64,000 bases of DNA from Armatimonadota bacterium (GCA_034722055.1 JAYENL010000130.1:18021-82020), one strand, 5' to 3'; positions 18,451-27,839 are shown, counted from the stretch's first letter. A program made the numbers and translations. Notes: a model not told the origin generated them from the sequence alone.

Positions 18451-19584
18451 GTGAGCGCCGAGAGCGATCACAGCAGGCCCGGCCGCGTGGTGGCGAAGAT
18501 CGGCACGCGGCTGGTTATCGACTCCCAGGGAGAGCCCCGCCGCGACTTCCTCCGGCGCATGGCGCGGCAGGTCCGCGAGCTCATCGACGACGGCGTCGAG
18601 GTCGTGCTGGTCACCTCCGGGGCCGTTGGTGTCGGCCGCCGCATGATCTTCGAGGCCGGCAAGCACCTGCGGCCGAATGAGCGCCCGTCCGCGGCCGCCG
18701 TGGGCCAGCCCACCCTGATGCGCTACTGGGCGGAGGCCCTGGGGGAGGTGGACCTCGTCCCCGCCCAGGTGCTGCTGACCCAGGACGACGTCATCAACCG
18801 CGGGCGCTGCATCCGCCTCCGGGAGACCCTCGAGGACCTGCTGGGCTGGGGCGTGGTGCCGGTGCTCAATGAGAACGACTCCGTCTCCGTGGAGAGCGTG
18901 ACCTTCGGCGAGAACGACCTGCTGGCGGCCATGGTCGCCGTCGCCATCGCCCCGGCGGAGCTGCTGGTGATTCTCTCCGACCAGGAGGGCCTGTACACGG
19001 CGGACCCTCGCAGCGATGAGACCGCGGAGTTGATCCGTGAGGTCGCCCCCGACGAGGACGTGAGTCGCTACGCGTCCGGCGCCGGAGGCCCGGATTCGCT
19101 GGGCGGGATGGCGAAGAAGATCGAGGCCGCCCGCCGCGCCACGGACTGTGGCATCCGAGTGGTCATCGCGGACGGCAACTGCGATGGGGTGCTGAGTCGG
19201 ATCGTGGCCGGCGAGGAGATCGGCACCCACATGATGGCGAGGCCTCGCCTGCCCTCCCGCAAGGCCTGGCTGGCCGTGCACGGCATGCCCCGAGGGAGCC
19301 TGGTGGTTGATGAGGGCGCCCGTCAGGCGCTGCTGCAGAGCGACGGGTCCAGCCTGCTGCCCAGCGGGATCGTGGAGGTGCGCGGCGACTTCCAGGTCGG
19401 CGACCTGGTGACCATCCGCGACGCGCAGGGACGGGAGATCGCGCGGGGGCTGGCCGCCTACTCCTCCGCGGAGACTGAGACGATCCGGGGCGAGCACTCC
19501 TCGCGCATCCCGGACCTGCTGGGGCGGGAGGGCTCAGCGGAGGTCATCCACCGCGACGACATGGTCATCACCGCGGACCAATAG
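18451..19584 (+). CDS. proB: glutamate 5-kinase with PUA domain
   Basis: VVAKIGT, VTSGAV, AAVGQ, VPVLNENDSV, FGENDLLAA, GLYTADP, GGMAKK, VIHRDDM. Confidence 0.95.
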   Translation: MSAESDHSRPGRVVAKIGTRLVIDSQGEPRRDFLRRMARQVRELIDDGVEVVLVTSGAVGVGRRMIFEAGKHLRPNERPSAAAVGQPTLMRYWAEALGEVDLVPAQVLLTQDDVINRGRCIRLRETLEDLLGWGVVPVLNENDSVSVESVTFGENDLLAAMVAVAIAPAELLVILSDQEGLYTADPRSDETAELIREVAPDEDVSRYASGAGGPDSLGGMAKKIEAARRATDCGIRVVIADGNCDGVLSRIVAGEEIGTHMMARPRLPSRKAWLAVHGMPRGSLVVDEGARQALLQSDGSSLLPSGIVEVRGDFQVGDLVTIRDAQGREIARGLAAYSSAETETIRGEHSSRIPDLLGREGSAEVIHRDDMVITADQ

Positions 19585-19643
19585 ACAATAGCCATCACAG
19601 CCGGCACCCAGCCGTGGGCTGCATGAGCGGGGACACGGCAGGA

Positions 19644-19670
19644 ACAGGATAGACAGGATACACAGGATAA
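19644..19670. repeat. three tandem 9-mers ACAGGATAN
   Basis: acaggatag acaggatac acaggataa. Confidence 0.7.
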
Positions 19671-19750
19671 CGACTGACCTCGAAGGCGGTGCGCGATAAC
19701 CTGCCCTGCCGTCATCCTGCCGGTCCCCGGCGCCGGGACCCTGGTCGCGG

Positions 19751-19785
19751 AAAAACTAAGGCCCCCGCGATCGTCTGCGGGGGCC
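19751..19785 (-). terminator. Rho-independent terminator
   Basis: 9-bp stem GGCCCCCGC/GCGGGGGCC followed on the minus strand by TTAGTTTTT, just downstream of the 19834 gene. Confidence 0.7.
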
Positions 19786-19833
19786 AGTGCACTATGCTTC
19801 GACCGCCCTCAGGCGGCCTCGCATCGTCGCGTG

Positions 19834-20130
19834 CTACTCAGGTTCGGCAGGCGGTACCTCAGGAGCCTCGGGCTCGCCCTCGGGTGCCTCAACCTCGCCC
19901 TCGGGTGCCTCCTCCTCGGTGACCTCTTCCTCTGGCGCCTCTTCCTCGGGCACCTCCTCCTCAACACCGGGCGGCCCCATCCCGGGTTCGGGCATGGGCT
20001 CCTCACCCTCCAGCATCATGGGCTCCTCGATCGGCTCCTCCTTCTTTGGGCAACCGCTGATGGCGAGTACCGTCAGCAGCAGCGCGACGATCAGGACGAC
20101 CATCGCAACTATGCCCCAGTTGCTTCGCAT
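19834..20130 (-). CDS. small acidic Glu/Pro-rich lipoprotein
   Basis: Signal peptide with ISGC lipobox, then EE(V/A)PE-type repeats; AAGGAGG RBS. Confidence 0.75.
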   Translation of the reverse strand: MRSNWGIVAMVVLIVALLLTVLAISGCPKKEEPIEEPMMLEGEEPMPEPGMGPPGVEEEVPEEEAPEEEVTEEEAPEGEVEAPEGEPEAPEVPPAEPE

Positions 20131-20237
20131 CGATGCAGCCTCCTTTGTCCTGGTACTGCGCACCCACACGCAGTTGTCTCGCGCCGCCGTTGCCGGCGAC
20201 GGAACCTCAAGCCCCGGACGAGCCGGGGCACGCAACC

Positions 20238-21107
20238 CTATTCGTCAAGGATGTCCGATGCCGAGTAGCTGCGGCGCAGCAACTGCGCCGCCTGGTGCAC
20301 CTCATCCTCGGTGATCGGACCTCGTTCCTCCCTATCTTGGTACTCGTAATCGGCCTCCACGTCAAGGCCCAGGACGATGCCTTGGTCGCCTTCCTCGTCG
20401 AAAGCGCCCGGTCGGGCGAAGATCTCCGCGGCCTTCTCGAAGCTCGCCTGGGCGGGCTCCTCAAAGCCCGCCGCCTGCAGGATGTTGCCGATCCACCAGT
20501 GCAGATGGCCGTCGAAGACCCCGCCGGTCAGGCCGTCCTGGAAGGCACCGACGGCGCTGAGGCAGGCCAGGCGAAAGCGATCGATGTCATCCACCACGCG
20601 GCTACCGCTCTGCGGGTCGTAGCGCGTGAAGGCCTGTGTCGCCAGCTCGTAGCGGTTGTAGCCCAGCGCGAACTGAACCAGGGGATGGTCGGCGCCGGCG
20701 GCCGCTGCCGCCTCCAGCCGCTCCACCACACGATCCACCAGTCCGAGCTGGTAGTAGCACTCCGCCGACAGCAGCAGACGGCCGATCTCGGGCTCGCCTT
20801 CAGCCTGGTCCACGTTGAGCTGCTCCAGCAGCACGCGCACGCCGATATCCCGCTTCTCAGCCGAGGAGCGCACGTTGCCCAGAGTCACCTGCTCCTCAAC
20901 AGTGAAGACCTGCATGGCGCGATGATAGCGCTCCAGGACCTCCAGGAACTCCCCGAGCCGCAGCCGCAAGCCCTGTGCCGCCCGCCCCTCCCCGGAGAGG
21001 TATTCGGCGATCAGCTCATAGTAGCTGACCGCGAAGGCGGAGACGGTGTCATACTCGCTCAGCCGGTCAAGGCGCTCCCAGATTTCCTCCTCGTCGGCAT
21101 AGGACAT
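20238..21107 (-). CDS. hypothetical TPR-like protein
   Basis: 289-aa acidic ORF with helical repeats (LSAECYYQLG, HWWIGNILQAAG). Confidence 0.65.
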   Translation of the reverse strand: MSYADEEEIWERLDRLSEYDTVSAFAVSYYELIAEYLSGEGRAAQGLRLRLGEFLEVLERYHRAMQVFTVEEQVTLGNVRSSAEKRDIGVRVLLEQLNVDQAEGEPEIGRLLLSAECYYQLGLVDRVVERLEAAAAAGADHPLVQFALGYNRYELATQAFTRYDPQSGSRVVDDIDRFRLACLSAVGAFQDGLTGGVFDGHLHWWIGNILQAAGFEEPAQASFEKAAEIFARPGAFDEEGDQGIVLGLDVEADYEYQDREERGPITEDEVHQAAQLLRRSYSASDILDE

Positions 21108-21264
21108 GTCCTGCCTGCTGCCCTCACTTGGACGAATTCTGGCCTCACGGTGAGGTACTTCCGCACTGGCCGCAGAACTCCTCTTCGCTTTTCCACGAAT
21201 TCGCGGCCATCACGCCGCGGGGCCGAACGCTGCCGCCGGCCCCGGCTGCGGGCTCCTCGGGCGG

Positions 21265-21645
21265 CTATCGGAGCTCGACCGACGCGCCGGCCTCCTCCAG
21301 CCGCTGCTTCATCTGCTCGGCCTCCTCCTTGGGCACCGCCTCCGACAGCACGGCGTCCGGCGCCGACTCCACGAGCTCCTTGGCCTCCTTCAGACCCAGA
21401 GAGGTGCTCACCTCGCGGACGGCCTTGATAACCTTGATCTTCTCCGCGCCGGCGTCGGCGATGACCACGTCGAACTCCGTCTTCTCCTCCTCTTCGGCCC
21501 CGGCGGCCTCGGCCCCCGGCGCACCGGCCGCCGCCACGGGCGCGGCCGCGGTCACACCGTACTTCTCCTGCAGCTTGTCCTTGAGCTCCACAAGCTCCAG
21601 GACGGTGAGTCCGTCTACGGCCTCAATGATCTCGTCAACGGTCAC
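21265..21645 (-). CDS. rplL: 50S ribosomal protein L7/L12
   Basis: [48 protein letters not shown]. Confidence 0.97.
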   Translation of the reverse strand: MTVDEIIEAVDGLTVLELVELKDKLQEKYGVTAAAPVAAAGAPGAEAAGAEEEEKTEFDVVIADAGAEKIKVIKAVREVSTSLGLKEAKELVESAPDAVLSEAVPKEEAEQMKQRLEEAGASVELR

Positions 21646-21685
21646 TCGCGATCTTCCCTTCAGTTGAGCTGTATTCTCTGCTCGC

Positions 21686-22213
21686 TCAGGCCGCATCCTC
21701 GCCGCGCTCGTCGGCGAGGGCCTGAAGCGTGAACACCAGGTCCGACACTACGGCGTTGAGCGTGAACACCAGACCGCTCACAGGCCCGGCGAATGCGCCC
21801 ACGACCTCGGCCATGAGCTGATCGGCCGTCGGCACCTTCGCAAGCTGCTCGATCTCCTCGGGGGCCAGCCGCCGCCCCTCCACCACCCCCGCCTTCACGG
21901 GCGGCTGCTCGTGCTCCTCGGCGAAATCCGTGAGGACCTTCAGCGGCTCGATGGGGTCCTCCCCGCAGTACGTCAGCGCGTTGGGCCCTGTCAGCAGCTC
22001 CCTCAGGCATTCGTAGTCCGTTCCCTCGATCGCGATCATCAGCAGGCGGTTCTTGATCACCTGCATCTCGCCGCCCGCATCGATGAGCTGGCCTCGCAGC
22101 TCGTTGGCCTCAGCCACGGTCAGGCCCTCGAAGGACGTCAGATAGACGCTCTGGGCCTCCCGGAGACGCTCCCGCATCTCCCGGACCATCTGCTTCTTCG
22201 CCTCAGTGGGAAT
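21686..22213 (-). CDS. rplJ: 50S ribosomal protein L10 (start ATT 22213 or GTG 22222)
   Basis: [31 protein letters not shown]; lies between rplA and rplL. Confidence 0.93.
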   Translation of the reverse strand: MPTEAKKQMVREMRERLREAQSVYLTSFEGLTVAEANELRGQLIDAGGEMQVIKNRLLMIAIEGTDYECLRELLTGPNALTYCGEDPIEPLKVLTDFAEEHEQPPVKAGVVEGRRLAPEEIEQLAKVPTADQLMAEVVGAFAGPVSGLVFTLNAVVSDLVFTLQALADERGEDAA

Positions 22214-22229
22214 CTCGTTCACCTCCTCG

Positions 22230-22378
22230 GCCCGGTGCCCGCCAACGCCAAGCGGGAGCGCCCAGGACAGGACGCTCCCGCGAAAGCACAAAGCTCACTT
22301 GGTCGCTCCTGGCCTCGGCAGGCGGAGCGTGCAGCTCCATTACGCCCCGGAGGGCACCGGCTGTCTTCAGCCTGGACT
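22230..22378 (-). promoter_or_regulatory. ribosomal protein L10 leader (autoregulatory RNA)
   Basis: Minus strand GAAGACAGCCGGTGCCC..TAAT..CCTGCCGAGG in the rplA-rplJ gap resembles the L10-leader core; boundaries approximate. Confidence 0.7.
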
Positions 22379-22407
22379 GACGCGTTCGATTGTGTGCAGG
22401 CAGCGCC

Positions 22408-23112
22408 TCAGGCGGCGCGCCGGCTGACGACGTCGGAGACCAGCACCTTCACCCCCGGGCCCATGGTGGCGGAGAGAGTGATGCTCTTGATGTAGCGGCC
22501 GGAGAAGGACGCCGGCCGGGCCGCCACCACGGCCTCAATCAGGGTCTCGAAGTTCTCGCGAAGCTGCTCCTTGTCGAAGGAGGCCAGGCCCAGCGGGACG
22601 TGCAGGACGGCGCCGCGGTCCATCTTGAATTCCACCTTCCCGGCCTTCAACGACTCCACCGCACTGCCCACGTCCTCGGTGATGTTCCCGGCCTTCTTGG
22701 AGGGCATCCTAGGGCCGAGCTGCTTGCCCAGCGGTCCCACGATGCGCATCATCTGCGGCTGGGCCACCAGCACGTCGAACTCGTCCCAGCCATTGCGTAT
22801 GTCCTCCACCAGGTCCTCATCGCCGACGCGGTCGGCGCCTGCGGCCTCCGCCTCGCGGACCGCCTCCCCCTCAGCGAAGACGGCCACCCGGGGGACCTTG
22901 CCGGTCCCGTGCGGCAGCACCACCGTGCCGCGCACGTTCTCGTCGCCCCTGCCGGCGGCCACCCCCAGCTTGATGGCGCAGTCCACGGTCTCGTCGAAGT
23001 CCGCCGTCGCGGTCTCCTTCACCAGGTCCAGGGCCTCGTCCAGCGGGTAGTAGCGCTGGACATCCACCCTCTCCCTGGCCTCCTCGTATCGCCTGCTGTT
23101 GTTCCTGGCCAT
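22408..23112 (-). CDS. rplA: 50S ribosomal protein L1
   Basis: FDETVD..VRGTVVLPHGTGK..LGPRMPSKKAG..ATMGPGV. Confidence 0.97.
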   Translation of the reverse strand: MARNNSRRYEEARERVDVQRYYPLDEALDLVKETATADFDETVDCAIKLGVAAGRGDENVRGTVVLPHGTGKVPRVAVFAEGEAVREAEAAGADRVGDEDLVEDIRNGWDEFDVLVAQPQMMRIVGPLGKQLGPRMPSKKAGNITEDVGSAVESLKAGKVEFKMDRGAVLHVPLGLASFDKEQLRENFETLIEAVVAARPASFSGRYIKSITLSATMGPGVKVLVSDVVSRRAA

Positions 23113-23160
23113 GCGGCTCACCTCAGTGCGCCACGGATGCTGTCACGCCCGCGTACCGAG

Positions 23161-23745
23161 TCACTGCTCGTCCGCCTCCACGGGCTCCTCGGCGCCCTCC
23201 TCCGCCACGGGCACCTCCTCCGCCACGGGTACCTCCTCCGCCACGGGTACCTCCTCCACCGCGGGCCTCTCGGTCACCACGACGGTCTCCTCGGGAGCCA
23301 CGTACTCGGTGTCCGTGGCCTCCTCCACCACCTTCAGGCCCATGCTGCGAGCGGTGCCCGCCACGATGCGGGAGGCGGCGTCCAGGTCCCGGGCGTTCAG
23401 GTCCTCCATCTTCGCCTCTGCGATCTCCCGCACCTGGTCCCAGGTCACCTCGCCCACGAACATCTTCCCCGCCTGGCCGCTGGCGGTCTGCAGCCCAGCG
23501 GCCTTCTTGAGCAGGCTCGACGCCGGCGGGCTCTTGCAGATGAAGTCGAAGCTCCGGTCCTGGTAGACCGTGATCTCCACCGGAACGATGTCCCCCATCT
23601 GCTGGGCGGTCTCGGCGTTGAAGGCCTTGCAGAAGTCCATGATGTTCAGACCGTGCTGGCCCAACGCAGGTCCAACCGGCGGCGCGGGCGTGGCCTTCCC
23701 CGCTGGAACCTGCAGCTTGATGATCGTCATTACCTTCTTTGCCAT
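23161..23745 (-). CDS. rplK: 50S ribosomal protein L11 with acidic C-terminal extension
   Basis: [36 protein letters not shown]; about 50 extra acidic residues. Confidence 0.97.
   Translation of the reverse strand: MAKKVMTIIKLQVPAGKATPAPPVGPALGQHGLNIMDFCKAFNAETAQQMGDIVPVEITVYQDRSFDFICKSPPASSLLKKAAGLQTASGQAGKMFVGEVTWDQVREIAEAKMEDLNARDLDAASRIVAGTARSMGLKVVEEATDTEYVAPEETVVVTERPAVEEVPVAEEVPVAEEVPVAEEGAEEPVEADEQ
23197..23257. repeat. 18-bp tandem repeat x3 (encodes VPVAEE) in the rplK tail
   Basis: ctcctccgccacggg(c/t)ac repeated. Confidence 0.8.
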
Positions 23746-23784
23746 GTCGGGTGCTCCTCATACCGCCGCCATCCGGCGCACCGG

Positions 23785-24309
23785 TTACAGCTTCTCCACC
23801 TGCGTGAAGTCCAGCTCCACAGGCGTGTCGCGGCCGAAGATGGAGATGAGAACCTTCAGCGTCTCTCGCTCGGGATTGACCTCGATGATCTTCCCGGTGA
23901 ACTCGCTGAACGGCCCCTCGGTGACGCGCAGGCTCTGGCCCACCGACCACACGCTCTTGGGCTTCTGGCTCTCCTCCCCCACGACCTCCAGGATGTTCTT
24001 CACCTCGTCGGGCCGCAGCGGGACGGGCTCATTGGACGAGCCCACGAAGTGGGTCACCCCGTTGGTCTGGGTGATGAGCTGGCGCATCTCATCGGTCGCG
24101 TCCAGCTCGATGAGCACGTAGCCGGGGTACAGCTTGCGCTTGACCTCCCGCCGCTGGCCCCCGGACGACCGAATCTCGGTCTCCGTGGGGACCAGGATGC
24201 GGCCCAGCAGGTGTGAGAGGTCCTTGGCAGCAGCCATCTTCTCGATGCTGGCCTTGACCCTGTTCTCCTTGCCTGTCAGCGTGTGAACGACATACCACTG
24301 CTTGGCCAT
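23785..24309 (-). CDS. nusG: transcription termination/antitermination factor NusG
   Basis: WYVVHT..YPGYVLI..GVTHFVG..GPFSEFTG..IFGRDTPVELDF. Confidence 0.97.
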   Translation of the reverse strand: MAKQWYVVHTLTGKENRVKASIEKMAAAKDLSHLLGRILVPTETEIRSSGGQRREVKRKLYPGYVLIELDATDEMRQLITQTNGVTHFVGSSNEPVPLRPDEVKNILEVVGEESQKPKSVWSVGQSLRVTEGPFSEFTGKIIEVNPERETLKVLISIFGRDTPVELDFTQVEKL

Positions 24310-24337
24310 GAGCCCTGCCTCTGCGTGATGCGCCTCA

Positions 24338-24550
24338 CTATTCGTAGAGGCGCATTGCCCCTACGATTTGCGTGAAGATCAGGTCCAACAGCCCCATCCA
24401 GGCGGCCACGATGGCCACGGCCACGATGACCACGCCGGTGAAGGCGTAGGTCTCCTCGTGGCTGGGCCACACCACCCGCTGCAGCTCCATCCAGACGTCC
24501 TTGAGGAAGCTGGCAACCGACTGGAATGGGCGCTTGATGCGATCTATCAT
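24338..24550 (-). CDS. secE: preprotein translocase subunit SecE
   Basis: FLKDVWMELQRVVWPS motif plus one TM helix, upstream of nusG. Confidence 0.93.
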   Translation of the reverse strand: MIDRIKRPFQSVASFLKDVWMELQRVVWPSHEETYAFTGVVIVAVAIVAAWMGLLDLIFTQIVGAMRLYE

Positions 24551-24703
24551 TCAGAACCTTTCCTGGCGGTGCCCCGCAGCAGGGTCGCTTAGGCCGCCGC
24601 GCACTCCCCGCCCCAGGAGGCGAACGACGGGCGCCACTCAGCGCGCCCGCGTCGTGCTCGGCGTCCCGGGTTGTCCATGCTGCGGGCACCTGAATCGGCT
24701 GGC

Positions 24704-24780
24704 TGGCAGGGGCAGCGGGACTCGAACCCACAACCGCCGGTTTTGGAGACCGGTGCTCTGCCAAATTGAGCTATGCCCCT
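24704..24780 (-). tRNA. tRNA-Trp(CCA)
   Basis: AGGGGCATAGCTCAATTTGGCAGAGCACCGGTCTCCAAAACCGG..GGTTCGAGTCC..CCCCTGCCA cloverleaf, anticodon CCA. Confidence 0.96.
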
Positions 24781-24811
24781 GCCCACGACTTCTGGGGCGA
24801 ATGCGACTGTG

Positions 24812-24973
24812 CTATCTGCGCAGCCGCGTCTCCTCGTGCTCCGTATGCTTGCGGCAATGCGGGCAGTGCTTACGCAGCGTCAGCGTATCAGGGCTGTTCT
24901 GACGGTTCTTCTGCGTGTAGTAGTTGTGTTCGCCGCACTCGCTGCAGCGAAGGATTATCTTCGTTGCCGGCAT
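24812..24973 (-). CDS. rpmG: 50S ribosomal protein L33 (zinc-binding form)
   Basis: Not in ORF track; manual translation [53 protein letters not shown]. Confidence 0.93.
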   Translation of the reverse strand: MPATKIILRCSECGEHNYYTQKNRQNSPDTLTLRKHCPHCRKHTEHEETRLRR

Positions 24974-24990
24974 CTGTCACATCCGCCCCA

Positions 24991-26193
24991 TTACTCGACG
25001 ACCTCGGTTACGACACCGGCGCCCACCGTCAGGCCACCCTCGCGGATCGCGAAGCGAACGCCCTCCTCCATCGCAATCGGCTGGATGAGCTCCACGGTCA
25101 TATTGACGTTGTCGCCGGGCATGACCATCTCAGTGCCCTCCGGCAGCGTCACGTCGCCGGTGACGTCGGTGGTGCGGAAGTAGAACTGCGGCCGATAGCC
25201 GGTGAAGAACGGCTTGTGCCGGCCGCCCTCGGACTGGGTCAGCACGTAGACCTCGCCCTGGAACTTCGTGTGGGGCGTGATGGTGGCGGGGGCGGCAACC
25301 ACCTGGCCGCGCTCGATCTCATCACGCTCGATGCCTCGCAGCAGCACGCCGATGTTGTCGCCGGCGCGCCCCTCGTCGAGGGTCTTGCGGAACATCTCCA
25401 CACCGGTCACAACCGACGTCTGCGTCTCCCGCAGGCCCACGATCTCCACCTCGTCGCCGGTCACCACTCTCCCGCGCTCCACCCGGCCGGTGGCAACCGT
25501 GCCGCGGCCGGAGATGCTGAAGACATCCTCCACCGGCATCAGGAACGGCTGGTCGATGGGCCGCTGCGGGGTGGGGATGTACTCGTCCACGGCGTCGAGC
25601 AGCTCGAATATGGGGCCGCACTTCTCGCAGTCCCGGCCGCCGCAGCCGCACTCCATGGCCTCCAGCGCTGAGCCGGAGATCACCGGCGTGTCGTCGCCGG
25701 GGAACTCATAGCTGTCCAGCAGCTCCCGCACCTCAAGCTCCACCAGCTCCAGCAGCTCCGGGTCGGCGATGTCAACCTTGTTGAGGAACACCACCATGGC
25801 CGGAACGTCAACCTGGCGGGCCAGCAGAACGTGCTCGTTGGTCTGCGGCATGGGGCCGTCGGTCGCCGCCACCACCAGGATGGAGCCGTCCATCTGCGCC
25901 GCGCCAGTGATCATGTTCTTGATGTAGTCCCTGTGGCCGGGGCAGTCCACGTGAGCGTAGTGGCGATTCTTCGTCTCGTACTCAGCGTGGAAGGTCGCGA
26001 TGGTCAGGCCACGCTCCCGCTCCTCCGGAGCGGCGTCGATCTGGTCGAACTCCAGCGGATCAGCCCAGCCCTCGTCGCTGTTGGACAGGCACTTGGTGAT
26101 CGCTGAGGTCAGCGTTGTCTTGCCGTGATCGACGTGACCGATGGTCCCGACATTGACGTGCGGCTTGGTCCTCTCGAACTGCTCCCTCGCCAT
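24991..26193 (-). CDS. tuf: elongation factor Tu
   Basis: [32 protein letters not shown]. Confidence 0.99.
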   Translation of the reverse strand: MAREQFERTKPHVNVGTIGHVDHGKTTLTSAITKCLSNSDEGWADPLEFDQIDAAPEERERGLTIATFHAEYETKNRHYAHVDCPGHRDYIKNMITGAAQMDGSILVVAATDGPMPQTNEHVLLARQVDVPAMVVFLNKVDIADPELLELVELEVRELLDSYEFPGDDTPVISGSALEAMECGCGGRDCEKCGPIFELLDAVDEYIPTPQRPIDQPFLMPVEDVFSISGRGTVATGRVERGRVVTGDEVEIVGLRETQTSVVTGVEMFRKTLDEGRAGDNIGVLLRGIERDEIERGQVVAAPATITPHTKFQGEVYVLTQSEGGRHKPFFTGYRPQFYFRTTDVTGDVTLPEGTEMVMPGDNVNMTVELIQPIAMEEGVRFAIREGGLTVGAGVVTEVVE

Positions 26194-26313
26194 GGTACTT
26201 CCTGCCTCCTAGCACCCTCACGCTGCCCAGCAAATCCGGGCAGTGGCCGGCGGGCGCCGGCCGGTCCGGTGGTTGAACATGCACCCGGATGTCACCGGGC
26301 CGCTACAAAGCTC

Positions 26314-26388
26314 TGGAGCCCACGACGGGACTTGAACCCGTGACCTTGTCCTTACCAAGGACACGCTCTACCACTGAGCTACGTGGGC
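26314..26388 (-). tRNA. tRNA-Thr(GGT)
   Basis: GCCCACGTAGCTCAGTGGTAGAGCGTGTCCTTGGTAAGGACA..GGTTCAAGTCC..GGGCTCCA. Confidence 0.96.
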
Positions 26389-26398
26389 GACGTCTCTA

Positions 26399-26484
26399 TG
26401 GTGGAGGGGGGAGGATTCGAACCCCCGAAGGCATTCGCCGGCAGATTTACAGTCTGCTCCCTTTGGCCGCTCGGGCACCCCTCC
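26399..26484 (-). tRNA. tRNA-Tyr(GTA)
   Basis: GGAGGGGTGCCCGAGCGGCCAAAGGGAGCAGACTGTAAATCTGC, long variable arm, CCA end. Confidence 0.96.
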
Positions 26485-26542
26485 ACCGATCACCTGCTGT
26501 CACACGTCCATCCTGCGGCCGTCGCCGCAGCTCACTATCTTC

Positions 26543-26617
26543 TGGAGCCGGCGGCCCGATTCGAACGGACGACCTGCTCATTACAAGTGAGCTGCTCTAC
26601 CGCTGAGCTACGCCGGC
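26543..26617 (-). tRNA. tRNA-Thr(TGT)
   Basis: GCCGGCGTAGCTCAGCGGTAGAGCAGCTCACTTGTAATGAGC..GTTCGAATC..CCGGCTCCA. Confidence 0.96.
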
Positions 26618-26658
26618 TCTATGGCGCGCCCACCGAGGCTCACCCCGGCGGGCGCATT

Positions 26659-26687
26659 ATCATACATGACGGCCGCTCCGCTGTCGA
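26659..26687 (-). promoter_or_regulatory. putative sigma70 promoter for the tRNA-tuf operon
   Basis: TCGACA-17 nt-TATGAT followed by a GC-rich discriminator. Confidence 0.5.
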
Positions 26688-26702
26688 GTCTCTTTTCCCC
26701 CG

Positions 26703-27341
26703 CTACCCGGCGCCGAGCGCCACGTGCTCCTCCAGCTTCTTCTTCGCCCGCTGCAGGGCGTTATCCACCTGCTTGACGTTCGTTCCCAGGCCCTCGGCGA
26801 TCTCCCGGTAGGAGTGGCCGTAGAGGTACTCCCGCAGTACCTCCCGCTCCAGATCCGACAGCGACCGGTCCATCTCCGTCCTGACCTTCCGCTGCAACTC
26901 CCTGCCGATCACAGCCGCTTCGGGGCTATCCGGCTCCTCGGAGACCAGGACCTCCTCCAGGACCCCCTCCTCCTCGCTATCGGCGGGGGCGGCGTCCATC
27001 GACACGTAGGAGTTCAGGGCCTCGTGCTTCTGCCTGCTGGCGCACTTGACCGCGCTGATGATCTGCCTGGTGACGCACAGGGCCGCGAATTTCCGAAAGC
27101 CCCCGAACTTGTGCGCTGAGAAGTCCCGGATGGCCTTGAAGAGACCGATCATCCCCTCTTGAATGACGTCCTCTCGCTCGGCACCCATCAGGAAGTAACT
27201 CTTGGCCTTGGCCTCGACCAGGCCCTGGTACTTCCGCAGGAGGTATTCTGTCGCGTCTCCGCTGCCCTGCTTGGCGAGGGCGATGACCTCATCCTCCGCC
27301 ATGCCCTTCAGCGGACGGCTGGTCCTCACCGACCCCTGCAT
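26703..27341 (-). CDS. sigH: RNA polymerase sigma factor, SigH family
   Basis: YFLMGAEREDVIQEGMIGLFKAIRDF..CVTRQIISAVK.A.RQKHEALNSY..SYREIA..VDNALQRAKKKL. Confidence 0.88.
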   Translation of the reverse strand: MQGSVRTSRPLKGMAEDEVIALAKQGSGDATEYLLRKYQGLVEAKAKSYFLMGAEREDVIQEGMIGLFKAIRDFSAHKFGGFRKFAALCVTRQIISAVKCASRQKHEALNSYVSMDAAPADSEEEGVLEEVLVSEEPDSPEAAVIGRELQRKVRTEMDRSLSDLEREVLREYLYGHSYREIAEGLGTNVKQVDNALQRAKKKLEEHVALGAG

Positions 27342-27531
27342 GCGACCCCACCTCCACGGGATGCGACTTCTCGTGTCTCCACCTCATCGGCCCCCCTTTG
27401 CGGTCGCATTGCTGACCCGCCAGCCGTTACGGCGCGTCTCAGCGCGCCGTCCCGCACTGCCGGAGTCATCACGGTAAGCTCCATTCCAATGAGCGCTCGT
27501 GCGCGGATGTTCCGCGCTACGGTAGACAAAA

Positions 27532-27560
27532 AGTATACCGCACTTCCCGCCCGGAGTCAA
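27532..27560 (-). promoter_or_regulatory. putative sigma70 promoter upstream of sigH
   Basis: TTGACT-17 nt-TATACT, near consensus, in an AT-rich patch. Confidence 0.65.
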
Positions 27561-27575
27561 ACTCACCATGTCGCG

Positions 27576-27809
27576 TCAATGACTGTAGTACCAGATGACG
27601 GTGCCAACCGAGACCGAGACGATCCAGGCGATGGCGAAGTACTTGGTCAGCCGCGCCAGCAGCTCCTCACGCGTCCCCTTCCGGAACTGGCTGGCGTCGG
27701 TCCCTCCCATCGCCGCGGAGAAGCTCTCGGCCTTCGACGTCTGCAGCACGACGGATACGATGAGCCCCAGTGCCGTGACCGCGGATGTGACCTCAAGAGC
27801 GAGTAGCAT
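27576..27809 (-). CDS. secG: preprotein translocase subunit SecG
   Basis: Two TM helices with VVLQTSKAESFSAAMGG loop and LARLT motif. Confidence 0.88.
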   Translation of the reverse strand: MLLALEVTSAVTALGLIVSVVLQTSKAESFSAAMGGTDASQFRKGTREELLARLTKYFAIAWIVSVSVGTVIWYYSH

Positions 27810-27839
27810 GGCTGTACTCGACCTCTCACGTAAGGGCGT

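Noticed and set aside
17188..19584. proA-before-proB order as a novelty
   Set aside because: Differs from E. coli proBA, but simple order swaps are common and both genes look intact.
26485..26542. Hidden tRNA-Gly between the tRNAs
   Set aside because: 58 nt, too short, with no T-loop or acceptor stem.
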